A stretch of 64,000 bases of DNA, taken from the IMG/VR virus record IMGVR_UViG_3300026078_000017, positions 62,001 to 126,000 of that record, one strand, 5' to 3'. A model generated the notes under the pieces. It was not told the DNA's origin. It searched no databases and was given only the letters and a program-made list of their open reading frames with translations. A program made the position numbers and the translations under genes. This document shows, piece by piece, positions 63,902 through 64,000 of the stretch. Positions within the stretch are counted from its first letter, which is position 1; each line of letters begins with the position of its first letter.

Positions 63902-64000
63902 TTACGGTTCTCTGCTGGAACGACCAAAAATTAAATCACCGATGCGTCTTGCACCGATTTTAGCAGATGTTCTGCTTGGACTTTCAAGACCATTACCTAC
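63902..64000 (-). CDS. 3' end of an upstream hypothetical protein (truncated by the window)
   Basis: VGNGLESPSRTSAKIGARRIGDLIFGRSSREP* read by hand; TAA at 63904-63902. Confidence 0.6.
   Translation of the reverse strand, partial: VGNGLESPSRTSAKIGARRIGDLIFGRSSREP

Noticed and set aside
1-64000. tRNA genes, rRNA, CRISPR arrays, stop-codon reassignment
   Set aside because: Intergenic gaps are short and show no cloverleaf or spaced repeats by eye; standard-code ORFs tile the window with intact conserved genes. tRNAscan-SE and a CRISPR finder would confirm.

Overview
A 64-kb internal segment of a large, T4-like (contractile-tailed, 'jumbo'-type) bacteriophage genome. It is densely coding in the standard genetic code and almost entirely on the minus strand. 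From right to left it carries: a head module (scaffold-like protein, gp23-type major capsid protein); a free-standing GIY-YIG endonuclease; an accessory block (Arr-like ADP-ribosyltransferase, Thg1-like protein, ADP-ribosylglycohydrolase, HAD phosphatase); neck, tail-completion, two tandem sheath, tube, chaperone, tape-measure and baseplate genes; a replication and nucleotide block (PolA-type polymerase domain, SSB, RecA, dUTPase, 5'-3' exonuclease, helicase, class II ribonucleotide reductase, ThyX, 5'-nucleotidase, DNA ligase); and accessory genes (CCA-adding enzyme, three kinase-like paralogs, nucleotidyltransferase, metalloprotease, two SGNH esterase proteins, nucleases). I found no tRNA, rRNA or CRISPR array. 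The best leads are: (i) a shared Glu/Leu-rich N-terminal leader ending in [ILV]-x-E on unrelated enzymes, suggesting protease-processed capsid cargo; (ii) an ADP-ribosylation write/erase plus RNA-repair island; (iii) a 156-aa miniature paralog of the major capsid protein; (iv) a likely +1 frameshift on a U7 run in the tail chaperone; (v) a TANTTA promoter-like motif, often 5 nt before start codons, in three places coupled to hairpins that hide the RBS or start codon. All protein calls come from motif recognition by eye; no database searches were run.
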